Below, in pieces: positions 40,395 through 49,757 of a DNA stretch of 49,757 bases. The translations under genes and the position numbers were made by a program. The notes beneath the pieces are model-generated. The model saw only the letters and a program-made list of their open reading frames with translations. It did not search any database and was not told the origin of the DNA. Source of the DNA: Rubrivivax sp. (GTDB lineage Bacteria > Pseudomonadota > Gammaproteobacteria > Burkholderiales > Burkholderiaceae_C); contig JBBION010000001.1 in NCBI GenBank assembly GCA_037443345.1, positions 1 to 49,757 of the forward strand, given 5' to 3'. Within the stretch, counting starts at the first letter, position 1, and each line of letters starts with the position of its first letter.

Positions 40395-41479
40395 TGCGCG
40401 TCTTCCACGTCACGCCCGACCAGTTCACCGAGCTCGACGCGCTGCCCGCCGACCTGCCGGCGACCGGCTTCGTGTGGGTCGGCAGCGCGCGGCGCGAGTT
40501 CGAGGTCCATGCCGGCGAGATCCAGGCGCGGCTGCAGCACTGGACCGGCGCGACGCTGGTCGACCTGCACGTGGCGGACCTGCTGAACAACCAGCTGCCG
40601 AGCCACTTCGACACCACGTTCGAGTACGACCTGCTCGTCTTCCGCCGGCTCGCGGCGGCGCCGGGCACCGCCGCACGGGCCGACGGCAAGCAGGCCGCGC
40701 GACGCGCGACGCGCGAGGCGCTCGACGCGATCGACACCAGTCCGGTGGGCTTCGCCGTGTTCGACCGCGTGCTCGTCAGCGTGCACCCCGCCGACTGCGC
40801 GGTGCGCGACTTCTTCGCCGCGCGGCTCGCGCAGCGCGGCCAGGCGGGCGCCGCGCGCCTGCCCACCAGCCCGGCCGAGCTGATGCTGCGCATGGTCAAC
40901 CACATGGTCGACAGCTACCTCGAGCTGCGCCGGCTCCTCTCGCGCCACCTCGGCGAGTTGCAGCTCGAGCTGCTCAACCCGCGCAGTCGCTTCGACGACT
41001 GGGCGCTGCTGCTCGACGCGCGCAACCGGCTGCACCTGCTCGAGGACACCTGCGAAGACCAGAGGAGCGCGGTGCAGGAGTGGCTCGACGCGCTCGACGA
41101 GTGGCCCGCCGAGACCGACAAGCAGGCCAAGCGCGAGCGCGAGCTGCTGCGGCTGCGCTCGCGCGACGTCGTCGAACATGTCGAGCGCGTGCTCGGCCAC
41201 GTGCGCCGGCTCGAGCAGTCGATCGAGACCGCGGTGCAGATGCACTTCTCGGCGCTGGGCCACCGCACGAACAACATCATGCGCACGCTGACGGTGCTCA
41301 CCGCGATCTTCCTGCCGCTGAACCTGATCACCGGCTTCTTCGGCATGAACTTCGAGTTCCTGCCGCTGATCCACAGCGCCGAGGGCTTCTGGTTCGCGTT
41401 CTGGACGATGGTCGTGGTCGGCGTCGGGCTCGTCGCGTTCTTCTGGCGCAAGCGCTACCTGGGCACGACGTCGCGATGA
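40394..41479 (+). CDS. CorA family divalent cation transporter
   Basis: TGATG overlap with hemB; NNIMRTLT, FLPLNLITGFFGMNF (GMN), two C-terminal TMs. Confidence 0.93.
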
Positions 41480-42351
41480 CGCTGGCGCCGTCGCAGCTGG
41501 CGCTGCTGGTCGGGCTCACGCTGGCCTGGGGTCTGAACTGGCCCGTGATGAAGCTCGGCGTCACGGTCTACCCGCCGCTGACGTTCCGCGCGCTGTCGAT
41601 GGTGCTCGGGCTGCCGGTGCTCGCCGCCGCGCTGCTGTGGCTGAAGGTGCCGTTTCGCGTACCGCGCGCGCACTGGCCGGAGCTGGCGCGGCTGACCGTC
41701 ACGAACATGGTCGTGTGGCACCTGCTGGTGATCCTGTCGGTGCCGCACCTCAGTTCCGGCCGTGCCGCGATCCTCGGCTACACGATGCCGGTGTTCTCGG
41801 CGCTGCTCGGCGCGGCACTGTTCGGCGAGCGGCTGCGGCCGCGCCAGGCCGCCGGCGTGGCCGCAGCGGCGATCGGCGTCGTGCTGCTGCTGTGGCACGA
41901 GTTCGACCGCGTCGCAGGCGCGCCGGTGGCCGCGTCGGTGATGCTGGTGGCCGCGGCGTGCTGGGCGCTGGGCACGCGGCAGCTGCGCCGCACGACGATC
42001 CCGCTGCCGACGCTGACGCTTTCGTTCTGGATGACGGCGGTCACGACCGTCGTGATGCTCGCCGCCGCCGCGCTCGTCGAGCGTGCGCAGTGGCACGTGC
42101 CGAACGCCGCGGCCACCGGCGCGATCGTCTACAACGCGGTGCTGATCTTCGGCTTCGCGCACGCCGCGTGGTTCACGCTCGCGCGCTCGCTGCCGCCGGT
42201 GGCCTCGACGCTGTCGGTGATGATGATCCCGGTGCTGGGCACCGTCAGCGGCGCGCTCGCGCTGGGCGAGGTGCTGCACTGGCAGGACGGCGCGGCGGCG
42301 GCGCTGATGGTCGCGGCGATCGCCTCGGTGCTGTGGCCGGCGCGGCGCTGA
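41476..42351 (+). CDS. DMT/EamA family transporter
   Basis: ATGA overlap; WGLNWPVMK, about 10 TMs, FGERL, ALGE. Confidence 0.92.
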   Translation: MTLAPSQLALLVGLTLAWGLNWPVMKLGVTVYPPLTFRALSMVLGLPVLAAALLWLKVPFRVPRAHWPELARLTVTNMVVWHLLVILSVPHLSSGRAAILGYTMPVFSALLGAALFGERLRPRQAAGVAAAAIGVVLLLWHEFDRVAGAPVAASVMLVAAACWALGTRQLRRTTIPLPTLTLSFWMTAVTTVVMLAAAALVERAQWHVPNAAATGAIVYNAVLIFGFAHAAWFTLARSLPPVASTLSVMMIPVLGTVSGALALGEVLHWQDGAAAALMVAAIASVLWPARR

Positions 42352-42802
42352 GCGGACCGCGGTCGGGGTACGGGTCGTGCAGCCCGAGCGCGCGCAGGAT
42401 CGCGCGCTCGCGCCCTTCCATGACGGCGGCGTCGGTCTCGCCGCGCTCGTGGTCGTAGCCTTGCGCATGCAGCGTGCCGTGCACGAGCAGGTGCGCGTAG
42501 TGGTCGGCCAGCGGCAGTCCGAGCGCCGCGGCCTCGCGCTCGACGACCGGCGCGCACAGCACGAGGTCGGCGTGCACGACGGGCGCGCGCGCGTAGTCGA
42601 AGGTCAGCACGTTGGTCGCGTGGTCCTTGCCGCGGAACTCGCGGTTCAGCCGCCGGCCCTCGTCCTCGCCGACGATGCGCACCGCGAGTTCGCCCGGCGC
42701 CTCGAGCGCGGCGCGGATCCACCGCGCGACGCGGTGGCGCGACAGCAGCGCGCGGTGACGGCCGTCGGGCTGCTGCAGCGCGAGCGACAGGCCGGGCTTC
42801 AC
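42245..42802 (-). CDS. ybeY: rRNA maturation endoribonuclease YbeY
   Basis: [32 protein letters not shown]; GTGA overlap with the phoH stop; long C-terminal tail. Confidence 0.94.
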   Translation of the reverse strand: MKPGLSLALQQPDGRHRALLSRHRVARWIRAALEAPGELAVRIVGEDEGRRLNREFRGKDHATNVLTFDYARAPVVHADLVLCAPVVEREAAALGLPLADHYAHLLVHGTLHAQGYDHERGETDAAVMEGRERAILRALGLHDPYPDRGPLSAAPATAPRRSPRPSAPPPRRPASAAPRPARARR

Positions 42803-43818
42803 GCCGGACCCTTCGCGCCGCGCGCCGGCCGCGCGCCGGGCGCGGGCTCGACCCCGTCGGCAGCCGCCCGGGCGGCATCGTAGGCCTCGACGATGCGCGC
42901 CACCAGCGGGTGGCGCACGATGTCGGCGGCGGTGAAGTGCGTGAACGCCAGCCCCTTGACGCGGCGCAGGATGCGCTCGGCCTGCACGAGACCGCTGTCG
43001 GCACCGTGCGGCAGGTCGATCTGGCTCACGTCGCCGGTGACGACAGCCTTCGAGCCGAAGCCGATGCGCGTGAGGAACATCTTCATCTGCTCGGGCGTCG
43101 TGTTCTGCGCCTCGTCGAGGATCACGAACGCGTGGTTCAGCGTGCGCCCGCGCATGAACGCCAGCGGCGCGATCTCCAGCGTCGCGCGCTCGAACGCCTT
43201 GTGCACGCGGTCGAAGCCCATCAGGTCGTACAGCGCGTCGTACAGCGGGCGCAGGTAGGGGTCGACCTTCTGCGTCAGGTCGCCGGGCAGGAAGCCCAGC
43301 CGCTCGCCGGCCTCGACGGCCGGGCGCGTGAGCACGATGCGCTGCACCTGGGCGCGCTCCAGCGCGTCGACGGCACAGGCCACGGCGAGAAAGGTCTTGC
43401 CGGTGCCCGCCGGCCCGATGCCGAACGTGATGTCGTGCGCGAGGATGTTGCGCAGGTACAGCGTCTGGTTCGGCGTGCGCCCGGCGAGGTCGGTGCGGCG
43501 CGTGTGCAGCACGATCTCGTCGTCGGCCGCGGTGCCGGCGGCGGCGGCCGGCGCGCCCGTCACGTCGACCAGCGCCAGCTGCAGCGCCTCGGGCGCGATC
43601 GGCCGGCGCGCTCGCTCGTACAGCGACTGCAGCAGCGCGAGCACGCGCTCGGCCGCGGCGCGCTCGCCGCGCACCGTGAACGCCTCGTGGCGGTGGCCGA
43701 TGCGCACGCCGCTGGCCTGCTCGATCACGCGCAGGTGCTCGTCGAGCGGACCGCACAGGTGGCCCAGCCGCGTGTTGTCGGCGGGGGTGAAGGCGTGGCG
43801 CAGCGTGGCGGTGGGCAT
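42799..43818 (-). CDS. phoH: PhoH-like ATPase (YbeZ)
   Basis: [55 protein letters not shown]. Confidence 0.95.
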   Translation of the reverse strand: MPTATLRHAFTPADNTRLGHLCGPLDEHLRVIEQASGVRIGHRHEAFTVRGERAAAERVLALLQSLYERARRPIAPEALQLALVDVTGAPAAAAGTAADDEIVLHTRRTDLAGRTPNQTLYLRNILAHDITFGIGPAGTGKTFLAVACAVDALERAQVQRIVLTRPAVEAGERLGFLPGDLTQKVDPYLRPLYDALYDLMGFDRVHKAFERATLEIAPLAFMRGRTLNHAFVILDEAQNTTPEQMKMFLTRIGFGSKAVVTGDVSQIDLPHGADSGLVQAERILRRVKGLAFTHFTAADIVRHPLVARIVEAYDAARAAADGVEPAPGARPARGAKGPA

Positions 43819-43938
43819 GCGGGTCGGCACGTGGGCATCGCGCCCGGTCGGTGGATGCGTGCATTGTCGCGCCGGCGCGCCGGCGCGACGCGGCGCCAGC
43901 CTCTCGCGCGGTGTCGCGTGGCGCACAATCGCGCGCCG

Positions 43939-45843
43939 ATGGCCTTCCCGTCCGCCCCTGCCCTGCGGCGTGCCGATGGCGCCCGGCGCGCGGCGATGGC
44001 CGCCGTGCTGGCGTCGGCGCTGCTGCTGGCCGGCCTGGCCACGCCGGCCGATGCGCAGCAGCGCCTCGACGTGCACGAGGCGCTGAGCGCGGTCGGCGAT
44101 ACCGCGCGCTTCCCCGACGACGCCCCGGCGCAGCTGGTGCCGCTGCCCGACGAGTGGTCGCGCTCGCGCCCCGACACCCGCGGCCCGGTGTGGTACCGCG
44201 TCGCCTTCGACGCACGCGGTGTCGAGGCCGGCGGCGAGCTGTTCGCGCTTTACGTCGCGCGCGCGTGTTCGACGCTCGAGGTCCAGCTCAACGGGCAGCG
44301 GGTGCACGTCGGCGGCCGGCTGGCCGAGCCGGCCACGCGCCGCTGCAACCACCCGCAGCTGATCGCGCTGCCGGCGGCGCTGATGCGCGCCGGCGTCAAC
44401 ACCGTCGACGTCAAGGTCGTCGGCGAGCCGCTCGCCTCGGTGGCGTCGCGCCAGCGCGCCGGCGGCCTGTCGGCGATGCAGCTGGGGCGTCACGCCGAGC
44501 TCGCGCCCGCGCACGCGCGACGCCAGCTGCTGAACGAGACGCTGCCGCTGACGGCCAGCGCGATGCTGCTGCTGGTGGGTGCCTTCATGCTGCTGATCGG
44601 CGGGCTCAAGCGCGCGCACAGCCACCTCGTGTACTTCGGTGCGTTCGCGATCGGCTGGGCCGTGGTCGGTGCGCGGCTGTGGTGGACCGACCTGCCGCTG
44701 TCGGCGCACGCCGCCGACGTGCTGCTCGTGTCGTTCATCCCGTTCGTCGTGCTCGCCGGCGTGTTGTTCGTGCTGCGCTACGCCGGTGACGAGAAGCGGC
44801 GCTGGATCGACACCGCGCTGTATGCGCAATGCGTCGTCGTGCCGCCGACGCTGCTGCTGGCCGGCCCCGAGCGGCTGTACCCGGTGGCCAGCGGCTGGTA
44901 CGCGCTGTTCGTCGTCGAGGTCGCGGCCGCGGTCGGGTGGCACCTGTGGACGCTGTGGCACCGCCGGCGCGAGCGCTTCGCGCCGATGGCGGCGCTGCTG
45001 CTCGGCGCGCTCGTGCTGGTGGCCCTCGAGTTCGTCGCGCAGCAGCAGCCGCTGGCCGCGCGGTGGCAGGCGCTGTCGCACGCGCTGCTGCCGGCGGCCA
45101 TCGTCGCGATGGGGCTGTACCTGATGCGCGAGCACGGCCGTGCGCTGCAGGCCGCCGAGGCCGACCGCCAGACGCTGGAATCGCGCGTGCGCGCAGCGGC
45201 CGCGCAGATCGAGCGCAACTACGCGCAGCTCGCCGAGCTGCGCGTCGAGCAGGTCACGCAGCAGGAGCGCAAGCGCATCGCCGCCGACCTGCACGACGAC
45301 CTCGGCGCCAAGCTCCTGACGATCGTCCACACCAGCGACAACGACCGCATCTCGGCGCTGGCGCGCGAGGCGCTCGAGGAGATGCGGCTGTCGGTGCGCG
45401 GCCTGACCGGCAAGCCGGTGCGCCTGCTCGACGCGCTGGGCGACTGGCGCGCCGAGGTCGTCTCGCGGCTGGCGCAGACCGGCATCGAGGCCGACTGGTC
45501 GACCGCCGTCGAGGAAGGCGACCACACGCTGTCGGCGCGCGTGTACGTGCAGACGACGCGCATCCTGCGCGAGGCCGTCAACAACATCATCAAGCACAGC
45601 GGCGCGTCGCACTGCGCGGTGCGCGTCGCGCTCGACGGCGGGCAGTTCGAGCTGTCGATCCAGGACAACGGCAACGGCATCCCGCTCGAACTCGACGGGC
45701 GCCTCGACCGCGGCCACGGCATGGCGAGCATGAAGCACCGCGCCAAGCAGATGCAGGGCCAGTGCCTCGTCGAGTCGGGGCCCGGCTACGGAACCGTGAT
45801 TCGCCTCACGCTTCCCCTCGAACCCGCCGCCGCCCCGGCGTGA
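43939..45843 (+). CDS. Sensor histidine kinase: periplasmic jelly-roll, about 7 TMs (7TMR-DISM-like), HisKA_3 and HATPase
   Basis: Signal peptide, LPDEW..VWYRV..LNG; [14 protein letters not shown]; [26 protein letters not shown]; start 43939 or 43996. Confidence 0.9.
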   Translation: MAFPSAPALRRADGARRAAMAAVLASALLLAGLATPADAQQRLDVHEALSAVGDTARFPDDAPAQLVPLPDEWSRSRPDTRGPVWYRVAFDARGVEAGGELFALYVARACSTLEVQLNGQRVHVGGRLAEPATRRCNHPQLIALPAALMRAGVNTVDVKVVGEPLASVASRQRAGGLSAMQLGRHAELAPAHARRQLLNETLPLTASAMLLLVGAFMLLIGGLKRAHSHLVYFGAFAIGWAVVGARLWWTDLPLSAHAADVLLVSFIPFVVLAGVLFVLRYAGDEKRRWIDTALYAQCVVVPPTLLLAGPERLYPVASGWYALFVVEVAAAVGWHLWTLWHRRRERFAPMAALLLGALVLVALEFVAQQQPLAARWQALSHALLPAAIVAMGLYLMREHGRALQAAEADRQTLESRVRAAAAQIERNYAQLAELRVEQVTQQERKRIAADLHDDLGAKLLTIVHTSDNDRISALAREALEEMRLSVRGLTGKPVRLLDALGDWRAEVVSRLAQTGIEADWSTAVEEGDHTLSARVYVQTTRILREAVNNIIKHSGASHCAVRVALDGGQFELSIQDNGNGIPLELDGRLDRGHGMASMKHRAKQMQGQCLVESGPGYGTVIRLTLPLEPAAAPA

Positions 45844-45887
45844 GCCACTGCTACGATCGTTGCGATTCGTTGCCCGAGGGCGCGTCG

Positions 45888-46535
45888 ATGAAGACCATCC
45901 TGCTGCTCGAAGACCTGCCGCAGATCCGCGGCTGGCTCAAGGACCTGCTGCGCGAGGTGTTCCCGCAGGCCGACGTCTCGGAGGCCGCGCGGGTGCACGA
46001 CGCGCTGTCGCTGGTGTCGGCGGTGCGCTTCGACCTCGCGCTGATCGACCTCGGCCTGCCCGACGGCTCGGGCGTCGACGTGATCGCCGCGCTGCGCGAG
46101 CAGCAGCCCGACGCGCAGTCGGTGGTGGTGTCGATCCACGACGACGACGACCACCTGTTTCCGGCGCTGCAGGCCGGCGCCTACGGCTACATCCTCAAGG
46201 AGCAGGCGCGCGAGCTGATCAAGGTGCAGCTCGAGCGCATCAGCCAGGGCGAGCCGCCGCTGTCGCCGTCGATCGCGCGCAAGGTCATCGCCCACTTCGC
46301 CGCGCAGGCGCGCCCGGCGCCGCTGATGCCTCACGTGCAGCTCACCGAGCGCGAGAACGAGGTGCTGCTGCGCGTGGCCAAGGGCTTCACGCTGCCCGAG
46401 ATCGGCCAGCAGCTGAACCTGTCGCGCCACACGATCGCCGACTACGTCAAGCAGATCTACCGCAAGCTCAACGTGAGCTCGCGCGCCGAGGCCGCGCTCG
46501 AGGCGCAGCGGCTGGGCCTGTTCGGCCGCCGATGA
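45888..46535 (+). CDS. NarL/LuxR family response regulator
   Basis: [45 protein letters not shown]. Confidence 0.95.
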   Translation: MKTILLLEDLPQIRGWLKDLLREVFPQADVSEAARVHDALSLVSAVRFDLALIDLGLPDGSGVDVIAALREQQPDAQSVVVSIHDDDDHLFPALQAGAYGYILKEQARELIKVQLERISQGEPPLSPSIARKVIAHFAAQARPAPLMPHVQLTERENEVLLRVAKGFTLPEIGQQLNLSRHTIADYVKQIYRKLNVSSRAEAALEAQRLGLFGRR

Positions 46536-47104
46536 TCGGCCGCCTGTCGGGCACGCTCGTCGAGAAGTCGCCGCCGACGGTGCTCGTCGACGTCGGCGGC
46601 GTCGGCTACGAGGTCGACGTGCCGATGAGCACCTTCTTCAACCTGCCCGCGATCGGCGAGCGCGTCACCCTGCTGACGCACTTCGTCGTGCGCGAGGACG
46701 CGCAGGTGCTGTTCGGCTTCCTCGGCGCCGACGAGCGCGCGACGTTCCGCGAACTCGTCAAGATCAGCGGCGTCGGGCCGCGCACGGCGCTGGCGATCCT
46801 GTCCGGGTTGAGCGTCGCCGAGCTGGCGCAGGCCGTGGCCGCGCAGAGCAGCGCGCGGCTGGTCAAGGTGCCCGGCATCGGCAAGAAGACGGCCGAGCGG
46901 CTGCTGCTCGAGCTCAAGGGCAAGCTCGCGCCGTCGCTCGCCGCGCCGGCCTGCGCGGCGAGCGACGCGCAGGCCGACATCGTGCAGGCGCTCGTCGCGC
47001 TGGGCTACAACGAGCGCGAGGCCACCGCCGCGCTGAAGGCGCTGCCGACCGACATCGGCGTGGCCGACGGCATCAAGCTGGCGCTGAAGGCGCTGAACCG
47101 ATAG
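46532..47104 (+). CDS. ruvA: Holliday junction branch migration protein RuvA
   Basis: [46 protein letters not shown]. Confidence 0.97.
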   Translation: MIGRLSGTLVEKSPPTVLVDVGGVGYEVDVPMSTFFNLPAIGERVTLLTHFVVREDAQVLFGFLGADERATFRELVKISGVGPRTALAILSGLSVAELAQAVAAQSSARLVKVPGIGKKTAERLLLELKGKLAPSLAAPACAASDAQADIVQALVALGYNEREATAALKALPTDIGVADGIKLALKALNR

Positions 47105-47116
47105 GACGAGACCGGC

Positions 47117-47325
47117 GGCTGGGAGCCGCGGCTCCCAGCCCGGGCCGGGGATGGTCCGGGCCTGACCGCCGTCCAGGCCCGCGCAGGCCGAGCCCGGCGG
47201 CTCCACGCCCGCCTGCGCGGGCGTGGACCGGGCGAGGGCCCGGAGCCGCGGCTCCCAGCCCGGGCCGAGGACGGCCCGGTCCTGACCGCCGTCCAGGCCC
47301 GCGCAGGCGGGCCTGGAGCCGCGGC
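47117..47325. repeat. 67-bp direct repeat x2 (period 120 bp) with embedded palindromes between convergent ruvA and PCuAC
   Basis: 47122-47188 and 47242-47308 differ at 4 positions; perfect 24-bp palindrome 47117-47140; hairpins at 47202-47227 and 47292-47317. Confidence 0.88.
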
Positions 47326-47327
47326 GG

Positions 47328-47816
47328 TCAGTGCTTGCCGTGGGCGGGGGGCATCGCGGTGCCGAGGGGACGCACCGGGGCCTGCACGTCGATCGCCTCG
47401 CGCTTGCCGTCGCGGCCCTCGACGACCAGCGTCACCGGCACGGTGTCGCCGTCCTTCAGCGGCTGCTTCAGGTCCATCAGCATCACGTGGTAGCCGCCGG
47501 GCCTGAGCTCGACGGCCTTGCCCGCCGGCAGGTCGAGGCCGGGGACCGCGCGCATCCTCATCACGTTGCCGTCGATCACCATCTCGTGGATCTCGACGAC
47601 GCCGGCCACCGGCGAACGGGCCTCCACCAGCCGGCCGCCGGCAGACGACGTGATCTGCACGAACATGCCCGTGGCCTTCTGCTGCGCGACGGTGGCGCGC
47701 ACCCACGGGTCCTTGAGTTGGGTCTGGGCAAACGGGGCGCTGGCGGCCAGTGCCAGCACGGCGGCCACGAACGGGCGCAGCAGGGGGTTCGAACGCGGGG
47801 AAAGAGGGGTCGTCAT
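47328..47816 (-). CDS. Periplasmic copper chaperone PCu(A)C
   Basis: Signal peptide, DPWVRAT, EIHEM...VMRMR...LRPGGYHVMLMDL (H/M copper motif), His tail. Confidence 0.94.
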   Translation of the reverse strand: MTTPLSPRSNPLLRPFVAAVLALAASAPFAQTQLKDPWVRATVAQQKATGMFVQITSSAGGRLVEARSPVAGVVEIHEMVIDGNVMRMRAVPGLDLPAGKAVELRPGGYHVMLMDLKQPLKDGDTVPVTLVVEGRDGKREAIDVQAPVRPLGTAMPPAHGKH

Positions 47817-47910
47817 GGTCGGGGACTCGTCGTCGATGAAAGTCAGGGCGAGCGCACCGCCACGCGGCGCGGGCCCATCGTCGCGCACCGCGATGGCGGT
47901 GCATCCGGGC

Positions 47911-48291
47911 TCAGACGGTCCCCGACGGCGGTCCGCGCGGGTGCGGATGCACCCATGGTGCCGACACCGCCGCGGCCGATGCGGGTGCACGCGGCGGCAC
48001 ACGCCCCAACGCTGGCGCCACCCACACCGACGGGCGCGGCAGCAACGCCGGCCCGTGGGCCGACGCGATGCACCAGGCACAGGCCGGCGCGGCACCGTCG
48101 GCATCGTCCGGTGCCACGTCGCCGACCGGCACCCAGCGCGCACCCTGCGCGGTGCAGACCTCGGCCCAGCCGCGCTCGCCGGTGGCGGCGGCCAGCGCCT
48201 GCGACAGCGCCGGCAGCAGCGCCAGCGACCACGCCGTCGCCAGCGCGACGAGCGCGCGGCGGCGCAGGCGGGTGGTGGCGGTGGCCGACAT
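47911..48291 (-). CDS. DUF2946 family protein (CruR-like leader: TM/signal, CxxC, C-terminal RGPP)
   Basis: N-terminal hydrophobic helix, EVCTAQG, CAWC, Pro/Ala linker, PHPRGPP followed by 4 residues and the stop. Confidence 0.85.
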   Translation of the reverse strand: MSATATTRLRRRALVALATAWSLALLPALSQALAAATGERGWAEVCTAQGARWVPVGDVAPDDADGAAPACAWCIASAHGPALLPRPSVWVAPALGRVPPRAPASAAAVSAPWVHPHPRGPPSGTV

Positions 48292-48297
48292 GCCGCG

Positions 48298-48337
48298 ATT
48301 ATCGGACCGGCGCCTCGTCGTGGCCGCTGGCGATAAT
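48298..48337. promoter_or_regulatory. Divergent GATAAT -10 elements for DUF2946 (minus) and ruvB (plus)
   Basis: ATTATC 48298-48303 lies 6 nt from ATG 48291; GATAAT 48332-48337 lies 5 nt from ATG 48343. Confidence 0.6.
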
Positions 48338-48342
48338 GGTCC

Positions 48343-49401
48343 ATGGCCCTGCAGACCGACGACTTCGCCGCGCCCGCCGCGCGCCGCCTCGTCAGCGGCG
48401 CGCCGGCGTCGCCGAACGAGGAGGCCTTCGAGCGCGCGTTGCGCCCGAAGGGCTTGGACGACTACGTCGGCCAGGCCAAGGCGCGCGAGCAGCTCGAGAT
48501 CTTCGTGCGCGCGGCCCGGCAGCGCGGCGAGGCGCTCGACCACGTGCTGCTGTTCGGCCCGCCGGGGCTGGGCAAGACGACGCTGGCGCACATCATCGCG
48601 CACGAGCTCGGCGTGAACCTGCGGCAGACCAGCGGCCCGGTGCTCGAGAAGCCGAAGGACCTGGCGGCGATCCTCACCGGCCTCGAGCGCCACGACGTGC
48701 TGTTCATCGACGAGATCCACCGCCTGAGCCCCGTCGTCGAGGAGATCCTCTACCCCGCGCTCGAGGACTACCAGATCGACATCATGATCGGCGACGGCCC
48801 GGCGGCGCGCTCGATCAAGCTCGACCTGCAGCCGTTCACGCTGGTGGGCGCGACGACGCGTGCGGGCATGCTGACCAACCCGCTGCGCGACCGTTTCGGC
48901 ATCGTCGCGCGGCTCGAGTTCTACACGCCCGACGAGCTCGCGCGCATCGTCACGCGCTCGGCCGGGCTGCTCGACGTGCCGATCGACGCCGGCGGCGCGG
49001 CCGAGATCGCGCGCCGCAGCCGCGGCACGCCGCGCATCGCCAACCGGCTGCTGCGCCGCGTGCGCGACTACGCCGAGGTGCGTGGCAGCGGCCGCATCGA
49101 CGCGGCCGTCGCCGACGCGGCGCTCGCGCTGCTCGACGTCGACCCGCTGGGCTTCGACGTGATGGACCGCAAGCTGCTCGAAGCCGTCGTGCACCGCTTC
49201 GACGGCGGGCCGGTCGGGCTCGACAACGTCGCCGCCGCGATCGGCGAGGAACCCGGCACGATCGAGGACGTCATCGAGCCCTACCTGATCCAGCAGGGCT
49301 ACCTGCAGCGCACGCCGCGCGGGCGCGTGGCCACCGCGGCGGCGTACCGGCACCTCGGTCTCGCGCCGGCCAAGCCCGCGGGCGACCTGTTCGCCGGCTG
49401 A
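48343..49401 (+). CDS. ruvB: Holliday junction helicase RuvB
   Basis: [58 protein letters not shown]. Confidence 0.98.
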   Translation: MALQTDDFAAPAARRLVSGAPASPNEEAFERALRPKGLDDYVGQAKAREQLEIFVRAARQRGEALDHVLLFGPPGLGKTTLAHIIAHELGVNLRQTSGPVLEKPKDLAAILTGLERHDVLFIDEIHRLSPVVEEILYPALEDYQIDIMIGDGPAARSIKLDLQPFTLVGATTRAGMLTNPLRDRFGIVARLEFYTPDELARIVTRSAGLLDVPIDAGGAAEIARRSRGTPRIANRLLRRVRDYAEVRGSGRIDAAVADAALALLDVDPLGFDVMDRKLLEAVVHRFDGGPVGLDNVAAAIGEEPGTIEDVIEPYLIQQGYLQRTPRGRVATAAAYRHLGLAPAKPAGDLFAG

Positions 49402-49407
49402 CAGGCG

Positions 49408-49757
49408 ATGGCCGCCGACGCCACCGCCGTGCCACGGCGCCGCGCCCGCATGCGGCGCTGGGTGACGCTGGCCGTCGTCGTCGCGCTGCTGGCCGGCGGC
49501 TGGGCCTGGCTTCAGCGCCGGCCGGTGCCGGCCGCCGCGGTGGCCGTGCACACGCAGCCGCTGCAGCGCACGCTGCTGTTCTCGGCGCGGGTGCGCACGC
49601 CGTCGCGCGTCGAGGTCGGCGCGACGATCACCGGCCGCGTCGCGCAGGTCGTCGTCGACGAGGGCGACGCGGTGGCCGCCGGTGGCGTGCTGTTGCGCCT
49701 GGAGGACGACGAACTGCGCGCGGCGCTGTCGCAGGCGCAGGCCAGCCTCGCGCAGGC
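49408..49757 (+). CDS. Efflux periplasmic adaptor / membrane fusion protein, 3'-truncated by the window edge
   Basis: Own translation: N-terminal TM, then VEVGATITGRVAQVVVDEGDAVAAGGVLLRLE lipoyl half-motif and coiled coil. Confidence 0.85.
   Translation, partial: MAADATAVPRRRARMRRWVTLAVVVALLAGGWAWLQRRPVPAAAVAVHTQPLQRTLLFSARVRTPSRVEVGATITGRVAQVVVDEGDAVAAGGVLLRLEDDELRAALSQAQASLAQ

Noticed and set aside
47117-47325. Possible CRISPR array
   Set aside because: Only two full units of 67 bp, a palindromic spacer, no AT-rich leader and no cas genes.

Overview
Very GC-rich (by eye roughly 70% or more), densely coding chromosomal segment of a Burkholderiales betaproteobacterium; gene order and protein style suggest the Rubrivivax/Ideonella/Comamonadaceae area, which is inference only. 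Left to right it holds: the end of a type II secretion operon (gspD-E-F); a Lon-like AAA+ ATPase without a protease domain, a 5'-nucleotidase and a small membrane protein; an ArnT-like glycosyltransferase; a CRP/FNR regulator divergent from an acyl-CoA ligase/Liv-type ABC/PaaK-like operon; a Bug receptor; dtd, a CDF transporter, a flippase-like gene, a GT2 and tyrS; M23-anmK-erpA-rpsI-rplM; a GNAT, DUF2726 and SrkA; htpG, ybeD, a D-amino-acid aminotransferase, a DD-carboxypeptidase, a hydrolase, a ferredoxin, VanZ and hemJ; hemB-corA-DMT; ybeY-phoH; a 7TM sensor kinase/NarL pair; ruvA; a DUF2946-PCuAC copper cassette; ruvB; and a truncated efflux adaptor. I saw no rRNA, tRNA, CRISPR array or transposase. 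The most interesting signals are: (1) a five-copy, covarying, three-hairpin intergenic repeat, each copy crossed by an ORF that abuts or overlaps neighbouring genes; (2) a CxxC/RGPP putative copper-sensing ribosome-arrest leader upstream of PCuAC, splitting ruvA from ruvB; (3) a TGTCG-N6-CGACA operator at class II (-41.5) geometry; (4) a consensus PmrA-type box upstream of the ArnT-like gene; (5) many apparently leaderless genes. All product calls come from motif recognition, with no database search.
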